Of a DNA stretch of 13,071 bases, positions 1 to 7,809 are shown piece after piece. The position numbers and the translations under genes were made by a program. A model generated the notes under the pieces. That model had not been told where the DNA came from. It ran no database searches and was given only the letters and a program-made list of their open reading frames with translations. Where the stretch lies: positions 1 through 13,071 of IMG/VR virus record IMGVR_UViG_2681813316_000016; one strand, given 5' to 3'. Origin of the DNA: a virus. Its lineage: Duplodnaviria > Heunggongvirae > Uroviricota > Caudoviricetes. The first letter of the stretch is position 1. Each line of letters opens with the position of its first letter.

Positions 1-287
1 GATTCAAGGCATTTACGGGAGAAAAAATCGGCTCAAACATGAAGAAATGAAATGACTGAGTCAGCCGAGAAGAATTTCCCCGCTTATTCGCACCTTCCTT
101 AGGTGTTAGCAGAATATAGCATCAAAGTCGAAACCGGTAGAAAAAATATTGGTGATTATTTCGCTGCATTTGGAACTGGAACAACAATGATTATTAGCAT
201 GATTGCTTTTTCCAGTCATAAGAATGAGTCGTGTTAATTTTTTCTATTCAATAGGAAATTATCATGTCATCAGAATATGAACAACTA

Positions 288-380
288 CGGTGACTTCTGC
301 GCTAAACGGGGACGTTTATGCGCACATACAATCCAAACTCTCTTCTCCCTCCACAGATGCAGAAATACACCTGCGATTTT
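288..380. repeat. Direct repeat copy 1 (~93 bp), near-identical to 2611..2703
   Basis: Read directly: cggtgacttctgcgctaaacggggacgtttatgcgcacatacaatc...cacctgcgatttt recurs at 2611..2703 with about 5 mismatches by eye; includes a GGGGA Shine-Dalgarno plus ATG (318). Confidence 0.8.
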
Positions 381-458
381 TTGCATTCGGTGTTTTTGGC
401 AGCCAAGAACAGGGAGTCTCTGTTTGTCTGGCGGCTAAAGGTGATATGGAAATCGTGA
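318..458 (+). CDS. Hypothetical small ORF (46 aa); N-terminal ~21 aa paralogous to the ylcH-like ORF at 2641
   Basis: ATG 318 preceded by GGGGA; first ~21 codons lie inside repeat copy 1 ([21 protein letters not shown]), then diverge. May be a non-functional duplicate. Confidence 0.2.
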   Translation: MRTYNPNSLLPPQMQKYTCDFLHSVFLAAKNRESLFVWRLKVIWKS

Positions 459-627
459 TGTCTTAGCCTAAAGTAGTTGCAACAGTTGGAGCGATTATGG
501 TGGTAGTAGTGATCATCGCGCCCCCCATATGCAAGGGTTGACGACATTATTTATCCGGCGCTATATTCTGTGCGTTGCCGCAAAATCGGCGCACGGGATT
601 GGCGTCCCGGACATCAAAACGACGCAT

Positions 628-648
628 AACCGCGTTCGCGGTTTTTTT
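628..648 (+). terminator. Candidate intrinsic terminator (short GC stem ACCGC/GCGGT, tetraloop, run of 7 T)
   Basis: aaccgcgttcgcggttttttt read directly; lies inside the 5' extension of track ORF 575..1420. Confidence 0.4.
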
Positions 649-811
649 ATGCGCAGTGCACGTCTACACAAAAATTATGGTGGGCTGTGTGAGGGCTTCT
701 TCGGAAGCGCCGGATTTCGTTTTGACCGGTTACGCCAACCTTGCACAGTCCACCACCAGTCGATTGGCGTCGTCGGTGGTGATAGCTCAAATTCAAAACG
801 AGATTATCGCT

Positions 812-1420
812 ATGGTCACTCAGCTCGCATTCCGCGATGTAAAATTCACTCCTATAAATCACAACAACCAGATCTGGTTTACCAGCAAAGAATTGGCGGC
901 AGCATTAAAATATGCCAGCACCAAAGCAGTAACCGACATCTACAACAAAAATATTGATGAGTTTACTGACGGAATGTCTCAGGTCGTCGAATCAACGACC
1001 TCAGGAAATTATCGTAAGAAGACTCGCATTTTCTCCCTCCGTGGCGCCCATCTGATCGCCATGTTCGCCCGCACTCCTGTGGCCAAAGAATTCCGCCGCT
1101 GGGTGCTGGATATTCTCGATCGAGAAATTCAACAATCCCCAATCACAAAACAATTCACTGATAACGAACTTTGCACACTTGCTTGGTTATGGCGGGCAAG
1201 TGACACAATGTTAACCGCTTGCCAAAACGTCACTCCGCTTCTTCAGGTAGCAAAACACCGCGAAGCCGGTCGCTTCACTTCAATCGAACAAGAATATCCC
1301 CGGATACTCAATAAGGCACAGGCAATCCTTGCCAGAGAAACGGCACATGTAAAATTCCGGCCGTGGCAGGATGATAAGTGGAGTCGAGTATTGACGCATT
1401 TACGTTCTGAACGGCTGTAA
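812..1420 (+). CDS. Bro-N domain protein (phage antirepressor / Roi-like DNA-binding protein)
   Basis: Track ORF 575..1420; N-terminus from ATG 812 (MVTQLAFRDVKFTPINHNNQIWFTSKELAAALKY...IFSLRGAHLIAMFARTPVAKEFRRWVLDIL) matches the Bro-N pattern. Start uncertain (ATG 812 or 677); the 628..648 terminator-like hairpin argues against 575. Confidence 0.6.
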   Translation: MVTQLAFRDVKFTPINHNNQIWFTSKELAAALKYASTKAVTDIYNKNIDEFTDGMSQVVESTTSGNYRKKTRIFSLRGAHLIAMFARTPVAKEFRRWVLDILDREIQQSPITKQFTDNELCTLAWLWRASDTMLTACQNVTPLLQVAKHREAGRFTSIEQEYPRILNKAQAILARETAHVKFRPWQDDKWSRVLTHLRSERL

Positions 1421-1720
1421 TAAAGTTGCGGGAGAGAAATGCCGCTAGTATTTTGTAATTAATTGAATGCTGACGGTTTAATGAGAAGTCAAGAACACTA
1501 CTTGTACTATAATCGTTCGATGTTAGTGAGGGTTTGATGCAAAAAAATGAAGTGATTGACCCTAAATTTGCGCGATCAGCGACAGATTGTACACCGAGAT
1601 CCTGTGGGCTGGAATTTGCAGAGAAATACCGAAAATGATATCCAATATTGTTTTCAGTTCCTACATCATACCTGATAAGGGTATAATCATAAAAATTAGG
1701 ATAATTCAAGTTATAATTGT

Positions 1721-2137
1721 ATGAATAAAAACGACCTTGAAGCATTATCTGACACTAGGCTTAATGAGGCCAAATGCTTGCTTGATCATGGCTTTTTTCA
1801 TGGTGCATATTATCTTTGTGGGTATGCAGTTGAATGTGCATTGAAGGCCTGTATTGCCAAGTCATTTTTACAACATGAGTTTCCAAACAAAAAAGTCGTA
1901 AATGATTCATATACTCATGATTTGTCGCAACTTCTCAAAATTGCCAACTTACATCAAATTTTGATTGCTGACGCAAAAAATGATGTTTCGTTGGAGATTA
2001 ACTGGTCGGTCGTTAAAGACTGGAGCGAGCAATTTAGATACGACAATAACATAAGTAAAGCTATGGCCGAACAATTGTTTGATGCTGTAGGTGACCAAAA
2101 TTCTGGAGTTTTGAAATGGGTAAAAGCACACTGGTAA
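1721..2137 (+). CDS. HEPN-like domain protein (138 aa), first gene of an AT-rich two-gene cargo cassette
   Basis: Track ORF; core GAYYLCGYAVECALKACIAK...SYTHDLSQLLKIANL resembles the HEPN helical signature (A-x-E-x-ALKA ... H-x-L-x-x-L); no canonical R-x(4-6)-H seen; visibly AT-rich; no obvious Shine-Dalgarno at ATG 1721. Confidence 0.55.
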   Translation: MNKNDLEALSDTRLNEAKCLLDHGFFHGAYYLCGYAVECALKACIAKSFLQHEFPNKKVVNDSYTHDLSQLLKIANLHQILIADAKNDVSLEINWSVVKDWSEQFRYDNNISKAMAEQLFDAVGDQNSGVLKWVKAHW

Positions 2138-2517
2138 TCGGCAGAGAGTTGACAAAAGATATGGAATTCTCAGGTCAATTTTTGTTAAAAAAACTCAAGT
2201 TACAGAATTTAACTATTGATGCTGCAATGTGGTTTTATTACCCAGATCTATCTTGGAGATATATTTTAGTTATCAGTGACTTCTCAGAACGTGGGCCGGC
2301 AGAAATATATAGAAAAATCAGTGAGATAAATAGAAATAGCATATCAAAAAAGTATAAGCCGATACCATTAGAAGCAATTGAGGCTAAGGGGGATTCAGCT
2401 TTTGTTTATAAAATGTTAAAAGGATTTGCTAGAGTCAACGATGGTAAAGTTCGCGTTTCTAATTCTATGGTAAATGGTTTAGAAATCGTTGACTGTCTGA
2501 TCTATGAGTTAAAATAA
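2116..2517 (+). CDS. Uncharacterized protein (133 aa; 118 aa if started at ATG 2161), partner of the HEPN-like gene
   Basis: Track ORF; start 2116 overlaps upstream gene by 22 nt, with GGAG about 8 nt upstream; no recognisable nucleotidyltransferase GS..DxD motif; AT-rich; no family recognised. Confidence 0.5.
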   Translation: MGKSTLVIGRELTKDMEFSGQFLLKKLKLQNLTIDAAMWFYYPDLSWRYILVISDFSERGPAEIYRKISEINRNSISKKYKPIPLEAIEAKGDSAFVYKMLKGFARVNDGKVRVSNSMVNGLEIVDCLIYELK

Positions 2518-2588
2518 GAAATCTCTTGCTGGGTATCATTATTGTTTAAATGACTTTTGATTTTCAATAATCAACTTGTCATAATTAA

Positions 2589-2617
2589 GTCACCGGAGTT
2601 TGAACTCCTCCGGTGAC
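2589..2617. other. Strong inverted repeat (gtcaccggag / ctccggtgac, 10-bp arms) at the left edge of repeat copy 2
   Basis: Read directly; not followed by a T-run so not a typical intrinsic terminator; absent from the equivalent position of copy 1. Confidence 0.6.
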
Positions 2618-2703
2618 TTCTGCGCTAAACGGGGACGTTTATGCGCACATACAATCTAAACTATCTTCTCCCGTCACAGATGCAGAAATGCACCTGCGAT
2701 TTT
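2611..2703. repeat. Direct repeat copy 2 (~93 bp), partner of 288..380
   Basis: Same offset (2323 bp) for repeat start and for the embedded ATG (318 vs 2641). Confidence 0.8.
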
Positions 2704-2742
2704 CTTTATCCAGCGTTTGACCTCTGCGGAGGTGAAGCGTGA
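2641..2742 (+). CDS. ylcH: Small protein (33 aa), YlcH-like, translationally coupled to ninB/ybcN
   Basis: GGGGA Shine-Dalgarno 5 nt upstream of ATG 2641; stop TGA 2740..2742 overlaps GTG start of next gene (GTGA); position immediately upstream of ybcN matches DLP12 ylcH as recalled. Symbol from memory, unverified. Confidence 0.4.
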   Translation: MRTYNLNYLLPSQMQKCTCDFLYPAFDLCGGEA

Positions 2743-3194
2743 ACCTCCCACAAGACGGCATCAAACTGCATCGCGGTAACTTCACCGCTATCGGTCAGCA
2801 GCTCCAGCCTTATTTGGAAGACGGCAAGTGCTTTCGCATGGTGCTTAAACCGTGGCGCGAGAGACGCAGTCTTTCCCAGAATGCACTCAGCCACATGTGG
2901 TACAGCGAAATCAGTGAATACCTCATCAGCAGGGGTAAAACGTTCGCCACTCCAGCTTGGGTAAAAGATGCTCTCAAACACACATATCTCGGTTATGAAA
3001 CCAAAGACCTGGTTGATGTCGTAACCGGTGATATCACCACTATCCAGTCGTTACGCCATACCTCCGATCTTGATACCGGAGAGATGTATGTCTTCCTGTG
3101 TAAGGTTGAAGCCTGGGCGATGAATATTGGTTGCCATCTGACTATTCCGCAGAGCTGCGAGTTCCAGCAGCTCCGCGACAAGCAGGAGGCGTAA
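2739..3194 (+). CDS. ybcN: NinB/Orf-family recombination protein (YbcN-like, 151 aa)
   Basis: Track ORF; GTG start with GGAGGTGA upstream; [12 protein letters not shown] resembles lambda NinB RSLDQNRKLWA motif; synteny with ninE-ybcO-rusA. Confidence 0.8.
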   Translation: MNLPQDGIKLHRGNFTAIGQQLQPYLEDGKCFRMVLKPWRERRSLSQNALSHMWYSEISEYLISRGKTFATPAWVKDALKHTYLGYETKDLVDVVTGDITTIQSLRHTSDLDTGEMYVFLCKVEAWAMNIGCHLTIPQSCEFQQLRDKQEA

Positions 3195-3364
3195 TGGCTA
3201 CACCGCTTATTCGTGTCATGAACGGACACATCTACAGAGTACCAAATCGTCGTAAGCGTAAACCTGAGCTGAAGCCATCCGAAATACCAACACTGCTCGG
3301 GTATACCGCCAGCCTGGTTGATAAAAAATGGTTGCGACTGGCAGCAAGGAGGAGTCATGGCTGA
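3194..3364 (+). CDS. ninE: NinE-like protein (56 aa)
   Basis: ATG 3194 overlaps ybcN stop (TAATG), GGAGG upstream; in-frame part of track ORF 3131..3364; C-terminus YTASLVDKKWLRLAARR resembles lambda NinE as recalled. Confidence 0.55.
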   Translation: MATPLIRVMNGHIYRVPNRRKRKPELKPSEIPTLLGYTASLVDKKWLRLAARRSHG

Positions 3365-3647
3365 TTTGAGAAAAGCAGCGCGTGGTCGGGAATGCCAGGT
3401 AAGAATCCCTGGCGTATGTAATGGCAACCCTGAAACGTCTGTACTGGCACATATCCGGCTGACTGGATTGTGCGGCACCGGTACCAAACCGCCAGACCTG
3501 ATTGCCACCATTGCATGTTCTGCCTGCCACGACGAAATCGACCGCCGCACACATTTTGTCGATGCTGCATATGCAAAAGAATGCGCGCTGGAAGGTATGG
3601 CGAGAACACAGGTTATCTGGCTGAAAGAGGGGGTTATTAAGGCGTGA
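3357..3647 (+). CDS. ybcO: YbcO-like protein (DUF1364, Cys-rich putative nuclease)
   Basis: ATG 3357 ([23 protein letters not shown]...) within track ORF 3318..3647, GGAG upstream; Cys pairs CQV..C and CSAC suggest zinc binding; matches recalled DLP12 YbcO. Confidence 0.75.
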   Translation: MADLRKAARGRECQVRIPGVCNGNPETSVLAHIRLTGLCGTGTKPPDLIATIACSACHDEIDRRTHFVDAAYAKECALEGMARTQVIWLKEGVIKA

Positions 3648-4006
3648 ATACCTACAGCATCACATTACCCTGGCCTCCGAGCAATAATCGCTATTACCGC
3701 CATAATCGCGGGCGCACGCACGTCAGCGCAGAGGGGCAGGCATACCGCGATAACGTCGCCCGAATCATTAAAAACGCAATGCTGGATATCGGCCTGGCTA
3801 TGCCTGTGAAAATCCGTATTGAGTGCCACATGCCGGATCGCCGTCGCCGTGACCTGGATAATCTGCAAAAAGCCGCTTTTGACGCACTCACTAAAGCAGG
3901 TTTCTGGCTAGATGATGCTCAGGTCGTTGATTACCGCGTTGTGAAGATGCCTGTTACCAAAGGTGGGAGGCTGGAACTGACCATCACCGAAATGGGGAAT
4001 GAATGA
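3644..4006 (+). CDS. rusA: RusA Holliday-junction resolvase (120 aa)
   Basis: Track ORF; [36 protein letters not shown]... matches E. coli RusA as recalled; GTG start overlapping ybcO stop. Confidence 0.95.
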   Translation: MNTYSITLPWPPSNNRYYRHNRGRTHVSAEGQAYRDNVARIIKNAMLDIGLAMPVKIRIECHMPDRRRRDLDNLQKAAFDALTKAGFWLDDAQVVDYRVVKMPVTKGGRLELTITEMGNE

Positions 4007-4143
4007 TGTTTGAGTTTAATATGGCAGAACTTCTTCGCCACCGCTGGGGGCGTCTGCGCTTATATCGTTTCCCCGGTTCTGTTTTGACCGATTACCGAAT
4101 ACTGAAGAATTACGCCAAAACCCTGACAGGAGCAGGAGTATGA
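4003..4143 (+). CDS. ylcG: YlcG-like small protein (46 aa)
   Basis: ATG 4003 overlapping rusA stop; [46 protein letters not shown]; position between rusA and the Q homolog as in DLP12. Confidence 0.55.
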   Translation: MMFEFNMAELLRHRWGRLRLYRFPGSVLTDYRILKNYAKTLTGAGV

Positions 4144-4228
4144 AGTCAGAGATAACAATCAACTAATACTGTTTTGTTGATTTTTGCTTGTAATTGGCGT
4201 TCTGGTCTGATTTTTGTGGAGTAAGTTG

Positions 4229-4612
4229 ATGCGTGATATTCAGATGGCTCTTGAGCGTTGGGGAGCGTGGGCGGCTAATAATCATGAAGATGTGACCTGG
4301 TCGTCCATTGCCGCCGGTTTTAAGGGATTAATTCCTTCAAAAGTAAAATCTCGCCCACAATGTTGTGACGATGACGCGATGAGCATTTGCGGGTGCATGG
4401 CCCGTCTGAAAAAGAACAACAGCGATTTGCACGATTTATTAGTAGATTATTATGTAGTCGGTATGACATTCATGTCACTGGCAGGTAAGCATTGCTGCTC
4501 TGATGGTTATATCGGGAAAAGGTTACAGAAGGCTGAGGGTATAATTGAAGGGATGTTAATGGCATTAGATATCCGGTTAGAGATGGATATCGTTGTTAAT
4601 AACTCTAATTAA
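4229..4612 (+). CDS. quuD: Late-gene antiterminator Q homolog (QuuD-like, 127 aa)
   Basis: ATG 4229 within track ORF 4214..4612, GGAG upstream; [24 protein letters not shown]...; Cys-rich centre; location upstream of the lysis cassette. Confidence 0.75.
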   Translation: MRDIQMALERWGAWAANNHEDVTWSSIAAGFKGLIPSKVKSRPQCCDDDAMSICGCMARLKKNNSDLHDLLVDYYVVGMTFMSLAGKHCCSDGYIGKRLQKAEGIIEGMLMALDIRLEMDIVVNNSN

Positions 4613-4645
4613 TATGCCAATTGTTTACTAAAAATTATTAAAAAT

Positions 4646-4663
4646 GGGGCGTTGAGACGCCCC
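4646..4663 (-). terminator. Intrinsic terminator hairpin (GGGGCGT / ACGCCCC, 7-bp stem, 4-nt loop), U-run on the minus strand
   Basis: Read directly; on the minus strand the stem is followed by ATTTTTAATAATTTTT; on the plus strand an A-tract precedes it. Lies between convergent quuD and porin gene. Confidence 0.5.
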
Positions 4664-4801
4664 CAAAAATAAAGGGTAATATATAACAGAAGGTTTATAT
4701 AGTTAGAAGCAAGGTTGTGCTTCTAAAGGAAGTGGCTTGAGGGAGCCACTTATATGTTGGGGAGGGAACGCCTCCCGCAACATATCTTTTTCGTAATCAG
4801 A

Positions 4802-5899
4802 TTAGAACTGGTAAACCAGACCTACAGCAACGATGTCATCAGTGCTTACACCGAGTGCTTTAGTGAAGTCATTTTTGTCAAGCAGGTTGATTTTGTAATC
4901 AACGAAAGTAGACATATTTTTGTTGAAGTAATAGGTTGCACCTACATCAACATATTTGACTAAGTCCTGATCGCCCCATACTCCAAGATCCTTACCTTTA
5001 GATTGCAGGTAAGCAACGGACGGACGCAGACCGAAATCGAACTGATATTGTGCAACAGCTTCGAAGTTTTGGGCTTTATTAGCAACGAAGTGATCAGCAA
5101 ATACAGTCATATTCTGGGTTTCAGAATAGGTAGTGGCCAGGTAAATGTTGTTAGCGTCATATTTCAGACCTGCGGCCCAAACTTCTGCATTTTTACCGGA
5201 AGCAAATACTTCAGGAAGAACTTTCCCTGCATTAACTTGAGTGTCGGTACGATCAGATTTCGCATAAGTTGCACCGATACCGAATCCTTCGTATTCATAG
5301 GTAGCAGAGAAACCGAAGCCATCACCGTTACCTTCAGTGTAGTTATCGAAATCGCTACGATCGTTTTTGCCTTGGTACTGAGCAGCAAAGTTCAGACCAT
5401 CAACCAGACCAAAGAAGTCGTTGTTACGATAGGTTGCAACACCAGTGGTGCGACCAGTCATGAACACATCTGTTTGGGTCCAGGTATCGCCACCGAATTC
5501 TGGCAGAACGTCAGTCCACGCACCGATGTCGTATGCTACACCGTAGTTACGGCCGTAATCGATGGAGCCGTAGTCACCGAATTTCAGGCCAGCGAAGGCA
5601 AGACGGGTTTTATCTTTGGAGGAACCTTGAGATTCAGCGCGGTTGCCTTTGAATTCATATTCCCACTGACCGAAACCAGTCAGTTGATCGTTGATTTGGG
5701 TTTCACCTTTGAAGCCAAGACGGGCATAAGTAGTATCACCATCATCTGCATCATTAGAGGAGAAGTAGTGCTTAGCATTAACTTTCCCGTACAGATCCAG
5801 CTTGTTACTGTCTTTATTATAAATTTCAGCTGCCTGAGCAGACATCGCCATCAGTACTGATGCAGCTACAGCAGAAATTGCCACTGTTAATTTTTTCAT
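4802..5899 (-). CDS. nmpC: Outer-membrane porin, NmpC/OmpD family (365 aa, intact, with signal peptide)
   Basis: Track ORF; signal peptide [23 protein letters not shown] then [16 protein letters not shown]...; porin-typical aromatic-rich strands and C-terminal VYQF. Confidence 0.9.
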   Translation of the reverse strand: MKKLTVAISAVAASVLMAMSAQAAEIYNKDSNKLDLYGKVNAKHYFSSNDADDGDTTYARLGFKGETQINDQLTGFGQWEYEFKGNRAESQGSSKDKTRLAFAGLKFGDYGSIDYGRNYGVAYDIGAWTDVLPEFGGDTWTQTDVFMTGRTTGVATYRNNDFFGLVDGLNFAAQYQGKNDRSDFDNYTEGNGDGFGFSATYEYEGFGIGATYAKSDRTDTQVNAGKVLPEVFASGKNAEVWAAGLKYDANNIYLATTYSETQNMTVFADHFVANKAQNFEAVAQYQFDFGLRPSVAYLQSKGKDLGVWGDQDLVKYVDVGATYYFNKNMSTFVDYKINLLDKNDFTKALGVSTDDIVAVGLVYQF

Positions 5900-6180
5900 C
5901 GTGAGCCCTTTTTTTTGAACTATTATTAAAAAATGATGTCACTGCGCGATAAATATTCATCTAATCAATGTGATTATTTCAAGATGTAAGTTTTGGTTTC
6001 TCGTTTAATTTGTGAAGTAGATCTCTATTTTTATCTAAACTTTTTTCTATCGAATCCTATTCATGGCTCTTGGCTGAATAAAAATAAATCTATTAGCCAA
6101 TTTATATTAATGGCTGTTATTTATAAGCGCTCTATAATTTGAAGGTTCAATTTAAACTGGCTAAAAATAACGCTGGAAAT

Positions 6181-6202
6181 TATTTGTTGGTTATTTGTTG
6201 AG
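6181..6202. repeat. Tandem 11-bp direct repeat (ttatttgttgg / ttatttgttga)
   Basis: Read directly in the AT-rich region upstream of the porin gene; one helical turn per unit suggests a protein-binding site. Confidence 0.4.
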
Positions 6203-6269
6203 ATTTGCTTATGTATTTGTAGTGGTGTTTTCAATACTCGGTAGCATTCTCGCAAATATCATTTAGTGG

Positions 6270-6297
6270 TTTACGTACGTAAAAAATTGGTTATGCT
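6270..6297 (+). promoter_or_regulatory. Candidate late promoter (pR'-like): TTTACG / TTACGT ... TATGCT
   Basis: Hexamers read by eye with about 15-16 bp spacing; only supported by the downstream plus-strand terminator and the position upstream of the lysis cassette. Confidence 0.25.
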
Positions 6298-6327
6298 GTT
6301 AAGAGTGGTTACTTCGTCACACAGCTT

Positions 6328-6360
6328 AAACCCGCCGTCGAGCGGGTTTTTCCATTTTTT
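6328..6360 (+). terminator. Intrinsic terminator (AAACCCGC / GCGGGTTT stem, 6-nt loop, T-run); candidate tR'
   Basis: Read directly; no plus-strand gene upstream, so it would end a short leader transcript, as with lambdoid tR'. Confidence 0.55.
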
Positions 6361-6472
6361 GAGTCTCGATATTAGCTGATAACCCAATACCTGAGTTATT
6401 CACTGACTCCGAGTCTGTTACGTTTCGTAGTATTCCCTCAATTTACACCCGCTTTGTCTGCGAGGTGGGGTT

Positions 6473-6688
6473 ATGAAATCCATGGATAAGTTAACAACGG
6501 GTGTCGCCTATGGCACCTCAGCAGGTAGTGCCGGGTACTGGTTTTTACAGCTGCTCGATAAAGTCACGCCCTCACAGTGGGCAGCAATAGGTGTGCTGGG
6601 TAGCCTGGTATTTGGCCTGCTGACGTACCTGACAAACCTTTATTTCAAGATTAAAGAAGATAAGCGCAAGGCTGCGAGAGGTGAATAA
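6473..6688 (+). CDS. essD: Class II holin / pinholin, phage 21 S-like (71 aa), with dual-start motif MKSM
   Basis: Track ORF; [26 protein letters not shown]...[19 protein letters not shown] closely resembles S21 as recalled; two transmembrane segments; ATGs at 6473 and 6482. Confidence 0.9.
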
Positions 6689-7185
6689 TGCCTCCATCAT
6701 TACGAAAAGCTGTTGCTGCTGCTATTGGTGGCGGGGCTATTGCTATAGCATCTGTGTTAATCACTGGCCCAAGTGGTAACGATGGTCTGGAAGGTGTGAG
6801 ACATAATCCTTACAAAGACATAGTTGGTGTATGGACTGTATGTTACGGGCATACAGGAAAAGACATCATTCCCGGTAAAACGTATACCGAAGCAGAGTGC
6901 AAAGCCCTCCTGAATAAAGACCTTGCCACTGTCGCCAGACAAATTAACCGGTACATCAAAGTCGATATACCGGAAACAACGCGCGGCGCTCTTTACTCGT
7001 TCGTCTACAACGTGGGTGCTGGCAATTTCAGAACATCGACGCTTCTTCGCAAAATAAACCAGGGTGATATTAAAGGCGCATGTGATCAGCTACGGCGCTG
7101 GACATACGCTGGCGGTAATCAATGGAAAGGACTGATGACTCGCCGTGAGATTGAGCGTGAAGTCTGTTTGTGGGGGAAACAATGA
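6688..7185 (+). CDS. rrrD: SAR endolysin (phage 21 R-like lysozyme, 165 aa)
   Basis: Track ORF; N-terminal Gly/Ala-rich signal-anchor-release segment [20 protein letters not shown]; start overlaps holin stop (TAATG). Confidence 0.9.
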   Translation: MPPSLRKAVAAAIGGGAIAIASVLITGPSGNDGLEGVRHNPYKDIVGVWTVCYGHTGKDIIPGKTYTEAECKALLNKDLATVARQINRYIKVDIPETTRGALYSFVYNVGAGNFRTSTLLRKINQGDIKGACDQLRRWTYAGGNQWKGLMTRREIEREVCLWGKQ

Positions 7186-7640
7186 GCAGAGTAACCGCGA
7201 TTATCTCCGCTCTGGTTATCTGCATCATCGTCTGCCTGTCATTGGCTGTTAATCATTACCGTGATAACGCAATCGCCTACAAAGAGCAGCGCGATAACAA
7301 GGCCAGTGAACTAGAGAAGGCGAACGCCACCATCGCTGACATGCGGAAGCGTCAACGTGATGTAGCAGAACTCGACGCAAGATACACAAAGGAGCTTGCT
7401 GATGCTAACGCGACTATCGAAAGTCTCCGTGCTGATGTTTCTGCTGGGCGTAAGCGCCTGCAAGTCGCCGCCACCTGTGCAAAGTCAACGACCGGAGCCA
7501 GCGGCATGGGCGATGGAGAAAGCCCAGGACTTACAGCAGATGCTGAACTCAATTATTACCGTCTCCGAAGTGGAATCGACAAGATAACCGCGCAGGTTAA
7601 CTACCTGCAGGAATACATCAGGACGCAATGCCTGAAATAA
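7182..7640 (+). CDS. rzpD: Rz i-spanin (inner-membrane spanin subunit)
   Basis: ATG 7182 within track ORF 7170..7640, overlapping endolysin stop; N-terminal transmembrane segment then coiled-coil-like charged region. Confidence 0.85.
   Translation: MSRVTAIISALVICIIVCLSLAVNHYRDNAIAYKEQRDNKASELEKANATIADMRKRQRDVAELDARYTKELADANATIESLRADVSAGRKRLQVAATCAKSTTGASGMGDGESPGLTADAELNYYRLRSGIDKITAQVNYLQEYIRTQCLK
7396..7587 (+). CDS. rzoD: Rz1 o-spanin lipoprotein, embedded in the +1 frame of Rz
   Basis: Track ORF fully inside Rz; lipobox-like VSAC with Cys22; Pro-rich mature part ([12 protein letters not shown]). Confidence 0.8.
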   Translation: MLMLTRLSKVSVLMFLLGVSACKSPPPVQSQRPEPAAWAMEKAQDLQQMLNSIITVSEVESTR

Positions 7641-7663
7641 TTTTTTTGCAAATCACAAAGTCC

Positions 7664-7687
7664 ATTTAATGAGCCTCGCGATGCGGG
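7664..7687 (+). terminator. Intrinsic terminator after Rz (GCCTCGC...GCGGGGC stem, 7-T run)
   Basis: gcctcgcgatgcggggcttttttt read directly, about 25 nt after the Rz stop. Confidence 0.6.
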
Positions 7688-7809
7688 GCTTTTTTTACAT
7701 CTGAATTTCACAGCGCATCTCACGCGCATATTACATCACCCGAGCCTTTCAGAAAGTTGAGCCTGAGAACTGCCGTATATGGTGGCGACCATCTCGGGGC
7801 GGCTTTTCT

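Noticed and set aside
302-547. 81-aa minus-strand ORF
   Set aside because: His/Cys/Arg-rich translation with no start context; overlaps the repeat with its plus-strand Shine-Dalgarno and ATG.
529-957. 142-aa plus-strand ORF
   Set aside because: Alternative frame overlapping the Bro-N gene and crossing the terminator-like hairpin at 628..648; no recognisable motif.
1682-1723. TATAAT hexamers (1682..1687, 1712..1717) suggesting a leaderless transcript for the HEPN-like gene
   Set aside because: With the -10 at 1712..1717 the predicted start falls after the ATG; AT-rich DNA gives chance TATAAT matches. Promoter left unassigned.
1308-1745. 145-aa minus-strand ORF
   Set aside because: Low-complexity Tyr/Asn-rich translation from an AT-rich intergenic region, overlapping the 3' end of the Bro-N gene; likely spurious.
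2993-3550. 185-aa and 112-aa minus-strand ORFs
   Set aside because: Antisense to the ninE / ybcO / ybcN block, which has recognisable products and coupled start-stop overlaps.
5003-5860. 285-aa plus-strand ORF
   Set aside because: Lies entirely antisense to the well-supported porin gene; low-complexity translation with no motif; typical shadow ORF.
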